Shown: positions 9,238-18,881, counted from the first letter of the stretch. The stretch is 64,000 nucleotides of DNA from Candidatus Bathyarchaeota archaeon (GCA_050123155.1 JASFHP010000008.1:15186-79185); one strand, 5' to 3'. Notes: generated by a model from the sequence alone, not told the origin. Made by a program: numbers and translations.

Positions 9238-10131
9238 TTAGAATTTTTTGAGCATACCCCTCTTTCGCACATAAACATCGGTTAAACGAAATATAAACAC
9301 GCCAAAGAGAATCCAAGCCGCGCCCAAGACTAAGAGATGCAGAAAAACGTTGCCGAAAGCCTCTGCATGATAATTCTCCATCAGGAAACTTCGCATTCCG
9401 ATCAAAGCCGGTGCGGTTGGAAATAGGGCGCTTGCCTGTTGAGCCAATGTGGGAAGCACAATCAAGGGATAAGCAACAGGGGAGAGAATCATCATGATGC
9501 TGTAAAGGGCATCGGAGACCACCCAGCCCTCCTTTAAAATCAAGCCTAAAGCTGAGATTACTATGCCGAAGCCGTAAAGCGCAAGCATCATGAGTGCAAA
9601 AATCCCTAGCGCAGGCAAAATCCCCTCGATCTTTAAGGCTAAACCGAATGTGAGGTATATGACGATTAACTGGATGATTGTACCCAATGTTTGGTGAACT
9701 GTGCTGTGCAGAGCCATCCCTAATACTTGACCCAAGCGGCTGCTGGGCGTCACATAAATTGCCTCTAACGTTCCAAACCATCGTTCTCTTCTTATGCTGA
9801 ATCCCATCGCCCAAACGGCTGTTCCAATGAATCCCATCAACATGTAACCTGTGAAGATGAAGGTTACCACGTCTCCTGTCCCCACTAGCTGTTCTAGGTT
9901 TGGGCTGTATCTTCCTCCAACTAAGGCAAGGCCGTAGAGTAGAAAAGGCAGCAGGAAGACGAGGGGAGAAATCAGTTGGCGAATGAAACTTACTGGATAA
10001 GCAAACTCTATCTTCCAATCTTTGATGTATGATTCCCAGATGGCTTTCAGTTCAGCCTTTAGGTTGCTCCAGTTGAATCCTGTTGGGCAGTTGACTTCCC
10101 GCAACCTGTGTTCTCTATTGCTTTTGTCCAA
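9238..10131 (-). CDS. ABC-2 type exporter permease
   Basis: Multi-TM protein with ERWFGTLEAIYVTP and YPL..LP motifs. Same operon as the ATPase. Confidence 0.85.
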   Translation of the reverse strand: MDKSNREHRLREVNCPTGFNWSNLKAELKAIWESYIKDWKIEFAYPVSFIRQLISPLVFLLPFLLYGLALVGGRYSPNLEQLVGTGDVVTFIFTGYMLMGFIGTAVWAMGFSIRRERWFGTLEAIYVTPSSRLGQVLGMALHSTVHQTLGTIIQLIVIYLTFGLALKIEGILPALGIFALMMLALYGFGIVISALGLILKEGWVVSDALYSIMMILSPVAYPLIVLPTLAQQASALFPTAPALIGMRSFLMENYHAEAFGNVFLHLLVLGAAWILFGVFIFRLTDVYVRKRGMLKKF

Positions 10132-10144
10132 TCTGGTTTTCTCC

Positions 10145-10999
10145 TTAGTGGTGGCTTATGGTGCCAGATTTCTTCGTTTTCTCCTCCATCCAGTTGAACA
10201 GATAGAATCCCGCGAGTAACAAGGCGATGTCGATGATTATGAGCGCTGCAACCTCCAAGTAAACCGCTGAAAGATCAGTTCCTAGAAGCATGAAGCTTCT
10301 CACAATAACAAGGGCGTAGGTGAGGGGAATGAGTTTGCCGATGATTTGAGCCCAAGTTGGCAGGCTTTCAACGGGGTAGCGCACTGGAGCAAAAATGTAG
10401 AAAACGTATCCTATGCTCTCCGAGAGGTCGTAGGATTGCTTGTACATGAGAGAGAATGCAGCCATGATGAGGGATATGCCATACAATCCCAGTATCAGCA
10501 GAATGGTTATGAAAAAAACTGGAACCATGACTCCCAATGTTATGCTCATTCCGAAGAGGAGCACTGAGATGGTGAGTTGACTGGCGGCGAAGATTGTGCT
10601 GGAGAGGCTTTCGCTTATGGCTTTTCCGATTAACACATAAGCCTTATTGCATGGGGCTGCGAGCACGTAGTCCAGTGTTCCTTGGTATGCTTCCTTTCTT
10701 ATGTTTTCTCCCATGCCGTAGAGCAGAGTGTTCACGTAGCTGTTGAGGACGGCGCCTATCACGATGAAGGGCACATATTCTCCGCTGCCGGTGATTTGCG
10801 CAAAACTTGCGCTCTCTAAGCCGCCTACAAAAGCTTGCCCCTGAAGAATGAAGGGGATGAACCAGAAAATAGGGAATATAGCCCAGAAAACGATGATGGT
10901 CGGGTATGCCAGCAGCGTCTTAATGTTTTTTGTAACCTCGTTCCAGACAACAAAGAGATTGCTGCGTAAAACAGACTGCTGATAAGAGCTTTTCATCAT
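10145..10999 (-). CDS. ABC-2 type exporter permease
   Basis: EAYQGTLDYVLAAP, YPVESLP, PLTYA. Confidence 0.85.
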   Translation of the reverse strand: MMKSSYQQSVLRSNLFVVWNEVTKNIKTLLAYPTIIVFWAIFPIFWFIPFILQGQAFVGGLESASFAQITGSGEYVPFIVIGAVLNSYVNTLLYGMGENIRKEAYQGTLDYVLAAPCNKAYVLIGKAISESLSSTIFAASQLTISVLLFGMSITLGVMVPVFFITILLILGLYGISLIMAAFSLMYKQSYDLSESIGYVFYIFAPVRYPVESLPTWAQIIGKLIPLTYALVIVRSFMLLGTDLSAVYLEVAALIIIDIALLLAGFYLFNWMEEKTKKSGTISHH

Positions 11000-11003
11000 C
11001 CTG

Positions 11004-12077
11004 TTACGCTCCGCCCTCCGTGAGTTTTGCGCCGGTTAACTTGATGAAAACATCTTCGAGCGTGGGAACGCCAACGTTTAAGCTGCCGATACGGATGTTC
11101 TTCTGTCTGAGCGCATCAATGATTGTTCCAATATGTTCTTCTGCGGTTCCCCCGATTATCTTGATTCTCGAAGGATTTCCTTCATCCTCGTCGCCGCGGA
11201 TAAGCTTGACAACTTCTAGGTCAGGTAACAGGGAGCGGATGTGCTTTTCGATGTCAGCTGGTGGACGGTAAACAGCCACTTCCACGAGCTCCTTCTCTTT
11301 GACCATTGCCTTGAGCCTGTTTGGGGTGTCAACCGCAACGATTTCGCCGTTGTTTATGAATGCCACCCGATCGCACAGCTGGTCCGCTTCATCCATGTAG
11401 TGGGTGGTCAGAAGAACCGTTTTTCCTTGTTTCTCTGAAAGTTCTCTTATTTGGCTGCGAATCTGCCTCGCGAAACCTGGGTCTAAACCTAAGGTAGGCT
11501 CATCCAAAAGCAGAATTGGCGGGTCATGCAGCAGGGCTCGGGCTATAGCAACCTTCTGTCTCATGCCTGTGCTGTAGTCCTCCAGTCTCTCGTCGGCTCG
11601 GTCAGATATTTGCAGAGTTTCCAGTAGTTCTTCGATTCTTTTTTTGGCGTGTCTTCTCGGCATCTTATACAACGAAGCGAAGTAGGTGAGGTTGTCTCTG
11701 GCTGTGAGTTTCCAGTATAATGTTCTCTCCCCGCCCACAACCAGTCCCAAGCTCGCTCGGACCATGGCTGTTTCTTTTTGGATATCAAAGCCGTTCACGA
11801 TAGCGGTGCCTTCGTCTGGAATCAGGATTGTGGACAAACATTTGATTGTGGTAGTTTTTCCGGAGCCGTTTGGTCCCAGAAGTCCGAAAAGTTCTCCGGG
11901 ACGGATTTCAAGGTTGACTTTATCCAAGGCTACTGTAACATCACTTTTTTCTTTATGTTTATTCTCCGACTGGTTTCTTCGAAGAAAACCGAAGAAGCCC
12001 CTGTGCCTCTTCTTGGCGAATCTCTTAGTCAGATCGATTGTCTGGATGCTGAACACTTTGTCTTTGTCGATAACCAA
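11004..12077 (-). CDS. ABC exporter ATP-binding subunit (DrrA-like)
   Basis: GPNGSGKTT, YSTGMRQK, LLLDEPT, TTHYMDEA, C-terminal PTLEDVF. Confidence 0.92.
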   Translation of the reverse strand: MVIDKDKVFSIQTIDLTKRFAKKRHRGFFGFLRRNQSENKHKEKSDVTVALDKVNLEIRPGELFGLLGPNGSGKTTTIKCLSTILIPDEGTAIVNGFDIQKETAMVRASLGLVVGGERTLYWKLTARDNLTYFASLYKMPRRHAKKRIEELLETLQISDRADERLEDYSTGMRQKVAIARALLHDPPILLLDEPTLGLDPGFARQIRSQIRELSEKQGKTVLLTTHYMDEADQLCDRVAFINNGEIVAVDTPNRLKAMVKEKELVEVAVYRPPADIEKHIRSLLPDLEVVKLIRGDEDEGNPSRIKIIGGTAEEHIGTIIDALRQKNIRIGSLNVGVPTLEDVFIKLTGAKLTEGGA

Positions 12078-12230
12078 ACCCTAAACCTCGCATAATCCCG
12101 AAGAGCAAAGAATGAGACCTGTCACTATCCACCACGCCTTTCAAATAGAGTGGTAGTACCAGCGTAAAAACTTATTCAAACCACATGACACAAAGCTTTT
12201 TTGATTAGCTTTTAACCCCAAACTCACAAT

Positions 12231-12265
12231 CATATTAGAAGCCTAATAACTGAAGATTGTTGAAA
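12231..12265. repeat. Dispersed 35-bp intergenic element, copy A
   Basis: CATATTAGAAGCCTAATAACTGAAGATTGTTGAAA, 29/35 identical to copy B. Confidence 0.7.
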
Positions 12266-12307
12266 ACTAGCTTTTTTCAGGAAAACCAAACCGATAAAGC
12301 AAAAAAG

Positions 12308-12398
12308 TGGACCGGGCGGGAATTGAACCCGCGACCTCCGCCTCTTTCTGCGCAAGGCATGCGAAGGCGGCATTCATACCAGGCTGAACTACCGGCCC
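12308..12398 (-). tRNA. tRNA-Ala(CGC) with a 16-nt intron at 37/38 (12344-12359)
   Basis: Acceptor GGGCCGG/CCGGTCC with the G3:U70 Ala determinant and A73. Anticodon stem CCGCC/GGCGG, loop TT-CGC-A|intron|A, T-loop TTCAATT. Confidence 0.93.
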
Positions 12399-12516
12399 CT
12401 TCTACCGTTTGAATCAAGGATAATATTTAACGTTATTGAATAGGCTGCCTGCAGGTAAAAAACAGTTTTATTAAACGGCAGATTATGTGTATATCCGCAA
12501 CGTGGAGATATGAAAG

Positions 12517-13002
12517 ATGGGTTGTAAGCCGCGACCTGACTGGGACAGATACTTTCTGGATTTGTGCGAGGCTGTTTCTAAGCGTGCCACCTGTGACAGG
12601 GGAAAGGCTGGGTGTGTAATTGTTAAAGACCGACGAATAATGACAACGGGTTATGTGGGGGCGCCTGCGGGGCTGCCGCACTGTGATGAGGCGGGGCATG
12701 ACATGAGAAAAGTTTTGAACGAAAACGGAACTGTTTCGCAGCATTGTGTGCGCACCTTGCATGCGGAGCAGAATGCGATTATTCAGGCTGCAAAGTTTGG
12801 GATACCTCTTGACGGCTCCACGCTGTATTGTAAGATGACGCCGTGCAGAACGTGCGCCATGATGATAATCAATTCGGGCATCAAACGTGTTGTCTGCGAG
12901 AAGCATTACCATGCAGACAAGGACACGATAGAATTGTTCAAACTGGCGGGCGTCAAATTGGATGTCATGAGCAACACGGTTGAAGAATACGACAGGCAGT
13001 AA
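12517..13002 (+). CDS. dCMP deaminase (ComEB-like)
   Basis: RATC.R, HAEQNA and TPCRTC zinc motifs. Confidence 0.9.
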   Translation: MGCKPRPDWDRYFLDLCEAVSKRATCDRGKAGCVIVKDRRIMTTGYVGAPAGLPHCDEAGHDMRKVLNENGTVSQHCVRTLHAEQNAIIQAAKFGIPLDGSTLYCKMTPCRTCAMMIINSGIKRVVCEKHYHADKDTIELFKLAGVKLDVMSNTVEEYDRQ

Positions 13003-13022
13003 TCTGCTTCGTCTTCCTGTCC

Positions 13023-13919
13023 CTAAACTCCTGTTTCACCGTTATTCAGTAACTTTTCTGAAATCACAAAACGGATAACATGCTTGTCTGCGCTTTGCAA
13101 CATATACATGGCTAACCATTCTCGGAACAGCTTCCACTCGATGGGAAAATCGTTGTGGCTAACAACGTTCAGTCCAAGCTTTTTGGCTTTGTCCATGTTT
13201 ATCACCTCATCATGCGTCTTAAAGCCTCGCACTATGCAGTAGCTTATCTTCTTGCATTCTTCTCTGCTGTAACCACAATCCTCCAAGATTTCAAGAATAT
13301 ACTCTTCCATCAAACTCAACGAAGCCAAAGCATCCCTGATGTCAACGCCATCACATTTGTCCGCCAGAGCCTTGTAACTGTAAGGCGCATCCTCCACCGA
13401 AACATCATCAAAGAGCCTAGTGACAAACTGATGCGCATCCACAACAGAGTTCGCCGAGACAGTCCCATCCTCAACTTCTGCTTGCGGATCAAGCGGCGAC
13501 AGCTGGCTCATCATGCCCATGACTATCTTGTTTCCGGTGAGGGCAAGCAAAGTTCCTCCACTTGCTGCTATGTGGGGAACAAAAACAATGATTTCCTTGA
13601 ACGTTTTCCTTAATGCTCGCGCTATCTTATAGGAGGATTGAACCAGTCCACCGGGACTGTTAACCAAAAGCAGCAGTTTTCGGGCATCAGTTTTTGCTTG
13701 TATCTGATTAATTGCCGTCTCTACGGCAAATTCTTCAGAGAGCCCCATTTGAGCGTTTATTGTTTTTGTGGGAGAAATCTTTAGTCCTACATATGGGGCG
13801 ATGCAAGCCATTAGAACGGCGTCATGTTTTTTGCTGATTTCGGCTAGTTTTTCTGAAAGCTTCTGGGCATCTTCTTCTTTTACATCGATTATTTCGGTTA
13901 TGGAATCTACGGTTCCCAA
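13023..13919 (-). CDS. SDH/ClpP-class serine protease
   Basis: LVNSPGG, AASGGTLLAL, SQLSPLDPQ, THDEVI...AKKLGL. Confidence 0.8.
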   Translation of the reverse strand: MGTVDSITEIIDVKEEDAQKLSEKLAEISKKHDAVLMACIAPYVGLKISPTKTINAQMGLSEEFAVETAINQIQAKTDARKLLLLVNSPGGLVQSSYKIARALRKTFKEIIVFVPHIAASGGTLLALTGNKIVMGMMSQLSPLDPQAEVEDGTVSANSVVDAHQFVTRLFDDVSVEDAPYSYKALADKCDGVDIRDALASLSLMEEYILEILEDCGYSREECKKISYCIVRGFKTHDEVINMDKAKKLGLNVVSHNDFPIEWKLFREWLAMYMLQSADKHVIRFVISEKLLNNGETGV

Positions 13920-14066
13920 CTCAACATCTTCCCCAAAAGAATTATTAATGCCAATTCTTTGACGTATATAAATTTTAATACCTACATCATTTTCTTCGTC
14001 ACATAAGTATATAACATTTGTTTTACATAATATACAGAGAAGGCATGAGTCAAGAAGTGGACTGAC

Positions 14067-14258
14067 ATGAGTGACCCCATGAAATATTTTGAAGCCAAAC
14101 TGAAAGACATGAGCTTAGCTGAGCTTCAAGACTACAAGAAACGCTTGGACGAAAGCATAAAACAGAAAATTTCAACAAACAAACCCAATGACCAAATTGC
14201 ACCCCTCATAATCTACCGGGGCATACTTGAGCACGAAATAGAAACAAGAAAGAAATAG
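14067..14258 (+). CDS. Small helical hypothetical protein (63 aa)
   Basis: Clean ORF with an AT-rich upstream region and protein-like composition. Confidence 0.65.
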   Translation: MSDPMKYFEAKLKDMSLAELQDYKKRLDESIKQKISTNKPNDQIAPLIIYRGILEHEIETRKK

Positions 14259-14435
14259 AACCATAACAACCTATTGACCCATTTTTCGGACTTATCTGTT
14301 CTCTTTTCAATCTTCAGTCTTTTTCTGAAGCCTCCGAAGCTTTTGAACCGTTTTTGATTTGGTAGTGCACACTATTTTTAAGGGCTTCTTCCACTACTGT
14401 GGTATTAGCTACACTATCACAAAAGGGTATCTTGT

Positions 14436-15476
14436 ATGAATAACGAAGTAGCCAAAATCCTGACTGAGAAAGCCTGTGCATCGATTCGATATAGAACAAG
14501 AAAGGAAATCATAGAAGAAAGTCCCGATATTGCGGAATATCTTGATGAGATACTCGATGATAAAAGAGTTAAATATGTATTCACATGGCAAAAAGCCGAC
14601 GGCTATCTGGGGCAGAATTTTCATGCCGGCTGGATACCAGATGCCAAGCTAAAACGCTATAATACCGGTGCCGAAGTAGCTTTACGGTTTCTGTCGGAGA
14701 TGGGCGTACCTGAAAATTACCCCGTGGTAGAAAAATGTTTGAATGCATTACTGAAGGATAACTGGAATCCCGACCCATGGAAGTGGTCAACAGTTTATGA
14801 ACCTGAAATTGGCTTATTCGGGGCGAACCATATCCGTGCAGTGGTTTTTTCATATTTTGGGATTGAAGGATATGATTTTATAAAGACTGAAATTCAGCAA
14901 ACTCTTGAAACAATCAACAGAATAACAGAAATTTCATCCATAGAAGATATAACCAGCACATATCGGAACAAGCTATACTTCAGTAAGGGCATCGCGCTGC
15001 CAGACAGTTACCATCTGAAATTGTTGGCGTTCACTAAAGGCTGGAGAAATAGTAAAAATACTAGCACTGTAGCCAAAGCGTTAGGACGTCTCGTTGATTT
15101 ATCGCCGATACCACATATTTATATAAAATGCGGATGTCAGCTAGCTGCCCCGGCTGAAATAACTCCACGGGACTTAAAGCAGTCCCCACATAACTTACAG
15201 GATAAGGACTGGTTCTGGTGGCTGCATACCATGGAATTACTTGCCAGAATGGGTATTGTGAAGCAGATACCCGCTCTAATACAACAGGCAAACGATTTGA
15301 AAGAAATACTTCAGGAAGGTGATGGCTTTTTCCCAGTCAAACCAAACAGTTCCTATTTTAAGAAGTGGAGTGCCCATGGCGGTCTGGCTCTGGAAGATAG
15401 CTGGAAAAACAACCGATGGAAATATGACCTGACCTTTAGAGCCCTATTAATATTGAAATACGCCGACATGCTTTAA
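14436..15476 (+). CDS. Hypothetical protein, possibly an alpha/alpha-toroid (prenyltransferase-like) fold
   Basis: 346-aa ORF. QKADGYLG resembles a QxxDG repeat. Trp-rich. Confidence 0.7.
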   Translation: MNNEVAKILTEKACASIRYRTRKEIIEESPDIAEYLDEILDDKRVKYVFTWQKADGYLGQNFHAGWIPDAKLKRYNTGAEVALRFLSEMGVPENYPVVEKCLNALLKDNWNPDPWKWSTVYEPEIGLFGANHIRAVVFSYFGIEGYDFIKTEIQQTLETINRITEISSIEDITSTYRNKLYFSKGIALPDSYHLKLLAFTKGWRNSKNTSTVAKALGRLVDLSPIPHIYIKCGCQLAAPAEITPRDLKQSPHNLQDKDWFWWLHTMELLARMGIVKQIPALIQQANDLKEILQEGDGFFPVKPNSSYFKKWSAHGGLALEDSWKNNRWKYDLTFRALLILKYADML

Positions 15477-15644
15477 CAAGATGGTATAATGGGATATTAA
15501 TCAGGGAAAGGTTTCCCACAAATCCTGCAACGGCTCATTCCGCGAGTCATCAAGAAACTGTCTCACAGCAATTTTAAACCAACAAGAACTAAAGAAAAGG
15601 AGGAAGATGGACGGAAGACATCGCCACTGAAAGAAGATAAAAAC

Positions 15645-16730
15645 TTAGTAGACGACTTGTTCCAGAACATTTTGTGCGTTTGCATTCTTTATTTCTCGGG
15701 CGATTCTTCTGCCCATGTACATTCCTTCGCCGTACTTCAGGTACGCGTATGGAGAGGTGCCGATGCCCACGTTGCTTCCTGCAACTATTCGCGCAGAAAT
15801 CTCGAACGTGTAGATTTTCATGTCATCCGTGATAACCGTTTCCAAGCAGAAAGGTCCTATGATTCCTGGAGGCGCAATCTTCTTGGACACTTCCACTACT
15901 TTTTCGCCCATCCTGAGAAGCTCTGGCAGAAGCGACTCCCTTGCAACTATGGGAAAATTGCCGACAACCGTGTATGTGGGGTTCACTTTGATTTCCAGTT
16001 GTTCGCTGGCAGGTATCTTTCCTATGCTGTCGACTGTGGATTCGTAGCGTCTGTCCATTCCCAGCAGCTCAACTTCTTTGGTGAGGGGCGAATAGAAGTA
16101 CAGGGGGTAAACGTTCACTCCAATTATGTACTCTTGGAAGTGGATGTTTTCTAGGTTCTCTTTGGTTATGTGTCCCCGTTTTAGCATGTCCTCGGCTTTA
16201 CGTTGAAACGCCTTCGGAGATTCCACAAGAAAGTATCCTTTCCCGCCCATCGCCCCGGGAAACTTTGCGATAACCAGCCCATCAATATCCTCTGGGTCAG
16301 AGAAGATTCTGGGCAACCTTAAACCTGCTCTCTGCAGCCACTCTCTCTGCTTTTCCCTGACCGTTTCCCAGTGCAGAAGCTCTCTGTTGCCAAACAAGGG
16401 CACCTCTAGCTTGTCGATCATCTGGTCTGTTCCAACGTAGGCGTTGAAGGAGCCGTGCGGAACTAGGATTGTGTTTGCCTGTTTGAGTTTCCGCTGAACA
16501 GCCTCGTCAAGCAGGTCTGTGTATTCTTTGATGGGGATAATCTGGTCTGCCAGAGGGAACCGCTTGTACATGATTTCGTTTTGCTTTTTGCAGATGCATA
16601 CTGTGTTTAACCCTTCCTCTTTTGCTCCCTTGAATATGTTGAGTGCAGAGTGGGAGCCAATTGTGCCAACTGTAATTTTCTCGCGGTCGTATTTTCCGAG
16701 AATATTGTTTATTTCGGTTTTTGGTATCAA
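15645..16730 (-). CDS. purP: Formate--phosphoribosylaminoimidazolecarboxamide ligase (FAICAR synthetase)
   Basis: TIGSHSAL, PHGSF, GGKGYF, DRRYES, GPFCLE, FEISARIVAG. Confidence 0.9.
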   Translation of the reverse strand: MIPKTEINNILGKYDREKITVGTIGSHSALNIFKGAKEEGLNTVCICKKQNEIMYKRFPLADQIIPIKEYTDLLDEAVQRKLKQANTILVPHGSFNAYVGTDQMIDKLEVPLFGNRELLHWETVREKQREWLQRAGLRLPRIFSDPEDIDGLVIAKFPGAMGGKGYFLVESPKAFQRKAEDMLKRGHITKENLENIHFQEYIIGVNVYPLYFYSPLTKEVELLGMDRRYESTVDSIGKIPASEQLEIKVNPTYTVVGNFPIVARESLLPELLRMGEKVVEVSKKIAPPGIIGPFCLETVITDDMKIYTFEISARIVAGSNVGIGTSPYAYLKYGEGMYMGRRIAREIKNANAQNVLEQVVY

Positions 16731-17824
16731 GTGACTATCATCTCAAGCTTGTTTTCTGCAACCGCTTTCTTGATTTCCCTGGCGACCCTTCTTCCCGGAC
16801 CAACCTCCATGCCATACTTGTATTTCATGTATGGGGATGTGGGTTCCACGCAGGGGCAGCCGGGTATTCTGGGGCTTACATCAAAAATGTAGAACTCCAA
16901 ATTCTTGTTCATAGCTCCCTGCAACGCAAACAAACCAATTATCCCGGGCGGATACTCCTTTTTGCAGGTTTCAACAAATTTTTCTCCAGCATCCAGTATC
17001 TTTTCTATTTGGGATTCTCGCATGGTGGCGCCCATGTGTCCTATCTCCACGTTCTGTGTTGAAATCTTTGCTTCTAGTTGTTCGTCAGCGGGCAAATCTA
17101 GAACTCCGTCCAGGCTTGTTTGTATTCTTCTGTCGAAGCCAAGCAGGTCTATTTCGTCGGTTATTGGGGACCAGAAGTAGTTGGCGTTGAATTTGGCTCC
17201 AACAACATACTCTTCAATTATTGATTCCGCCAAGTCTTCGCGGTCAATTATCCCTTTTCTTATCCGCTCTTCCGATCTTCTTTTAAACTCCTCTGGAGAC
17301 GAAGCGTAAAAGAAGGCACGTTCTATGCTTCTTGTTTTCTCAGGAACCTTCACTATCGCCAGTCGGTCAATTTCTTCTGGTGACTTGAATATCTTTGGCA
17401 GGTTTAATCCTGCGCGTACGATCAAGTCGTATTGGTTGTTAGGCACGTTTCTTTCTTCGCTTCTGAGCATGAATCTGTTTCCTAGGAGTGGAACCTTGAG
17501 TTTCTGTTCGATGTTGTCGTAGCCGATGTAAACAGAGAAGGACCTGTTGGGCACGAATATGGTGTTCAGTTCCCGCAGCTTGGCTTGGTTCTCTTCCTTA
17601 ACCATGTCAGCGAATTTGTCCAGCAGCAGAACATGGTTGAAAAGGTTTCTGTAGTGTTTTGTGTAGGTTTTTTCTCTTCCCTTCTGGCAAACTACAACTA
17701 CTTCGAATCCTTCCTGCTTGGCGCCATAACCCATCTCCAAGGCAGAATGCGACCCAAGCACGCCAATCTTGACTTCTTCGGGGTCATAACCCGCCACTAT
17801 TTCATGAATTGTTTCACGCTTCAT
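16727..17824 (-). CDS. PurP-like ATP-grasp paralog
   Basis: LGSHSALE, PNRSF, ERAFFYA, DRRIQT, GLFALQG, DVSPRIPG. 4-bp overlap with purP. Confidence 0.88.
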   Translation of the reverse strand: MKRETIHEIVAGYDPEEVKIGVLGSHSALEMGYGAKQEGFEVVVVCQKGREKTYTKHYRNLFNHVLLLDKFADMVKEENQAKLRELNTIFVPNRSFSVYIGYDNIEQKLKVPLLGNRFMLRSEERNVPNNQYDLIVRAGLNLPKIFKSPEEIDRLAIVKVPEKTRSIERAFFYASSPEEFKRRSEERIRKGIIDREDLAESIIEEYVVGAKFNANYFWSPITDEIDLLGFDRRIQTSLDGVLDLPADEQLEAKISTQNVEIGHMGATMRESQIEKILDAGEKFVETCKKEYPPGIIGLFALQGAMNKNLEFYIFDVSPRIPGCPCVEPTSPYMKYKYGMEVGPGRRVAREIKKAVAENKLEMIVT

Positions 17825-18219
17825 TTCTGTTCACCTAAATCTGCTTTATAGCGCATGCGCATTTGCGGGGGGCATTTCTCGCACCGCTCTTCCTTTACGC
17901 CGTTTCTGGTTGCAGTCCATTTCAAAAGAGGTATAATAGATTTTCTGAGTGCTGTTCCGTCTTTTGTTAGCGAGTATTCGACTCGTGGCGGTATCTCAGC
18001 GAAGGATTCTCGTTTGATTAAGCCTTCTGCTTGGAGGTCTTTCAGTGTGTCTGACAGGGTTTTTGGGCTGATTCCGCTTAACGTTTCCATGAGTTTGTTG
18101 AACCGCAACTTTCCGTAGTTGCCTAGAGTATTGATGATTAGTAGCGCCCATTTTTTGCTGATTATGTCGATGATGCCTTTAAGTGGGCAGATGCAGGTTT
18201 GTTCCGTTTTTTCACACAT
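17821..18219 (-). CDS. HxlR-family winged-helix regulator (Cys-rich ends)
   Basis: CPL...KKWAL, RFNKL, GISPKTLS..LK, PPRVEYSLT. Confidence 0.9.
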   Translation of the reverse strand: MCEKTEQTCICPLKGIIDIISKKWALLIINTLGNYGKLRFNKLMETLSGISPKTLSDTLKDLQAEGLIKRESFAEIPPRVEYSLTKDGTALRKSIIPLLKWTATRNGVKEERCEKCPPQMRMRYKADLGEQK

Positions 18220-18328
18220 GATTATCGCTTTCGTTGAAGATAGTAACTATGTTAGTATAAACTTGATAGTTTAAATACTTTACCTTTGATACTATTAGCT
18301 GTTTAGAAGCGGAGGTGAAACAAAGAAC

Positions 18329-18496
18329 ATGTGCGGAACCTGTTGCTGCGGTCCAGATGGCCACGACCAAGGTCATGGACATAGAAAACGATTTTTAACG
18401 AAAGCAGAAAAAGTCGAGAAACTAAAGAAATACGCAGAAGAACTGAAAAAAGAACTTACAGCCGTAGAAGAACACATCCAAGAACTCAGCAGTTAA
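18329..18496 (+). CDS. 55-aa Cys/His-rich coiled-coil microprotein (DUF5320-like), absent from the ORF track
   Basis: GGAGGTGA RBS, then MCGTCCCGPDGHDQGHGHRKRFLTKAEKVEKLKKYAEELKKELTAVEEHIQELSS*, followed by a pyrimidine/T tract. Confidence 0.8.
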   Translation: MCGTCCCGPDGHDQGHGHRKRFLTKAEKVEKLKKYAEELKKELTAVEEHIQELSS

Positions 18497-18668
18497 TCAC
18501 CCAAAAGCCTCCACTCCCCCTTTTTCTGTGCCCCACTTTTTGGCACCTCTCAACAAACCAGTGGTTGACCTGCCTCCACAGCCACAAGGAAGTTGATGAC
18601 AGAGGCAGACAATTTTGGCGAAACGATACGAAACGCATAAATTGTGATTTTTCGTTGGTATGGTCTGT

Positions 18669-18825
18669 CGGGAGGTAGCTCAGCTTGGTAGAGCTTCCGA
18701 GCCAGCCTAACATCTGTCTGGGCTGACGGAGACGCTGTAGACGCCTACCAGTGGTGGGCATCATTTAGCCTATCAAGCGTACAGACACCGGATTGTCGCA
18801 GGTTCAAATCCCGCCCTCCCGACCA
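18669..18825 (+). tRNA. tRNA-Tyr(GTA) with two introns: 30/31 (18700-18733) and 37/38 (18741-18786); CCA encoded
   Basis: Acceptor CGGGAGG/CCTCCCG (C1:G72, A73). Spliced anticodon arm TCCGG-CT-GTA-GA-CCGGA. Both junctions fold as BHB-like motifs. Confidence 0.88.
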
Positions 18826-18881
18826 CAACACACCTTCTGGAGAGTCTGGCAAGAACACCAAAACTGGCGCAGACAAATCCG

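Noticed and set aside
9218-10018. 266-aa alternative-frame ORF, and similar shadow ORFs (22407-22985, 60948-61589, 12433-12912)
   Set aside because: They overlap well-supported genes and have no recognisable motifs.
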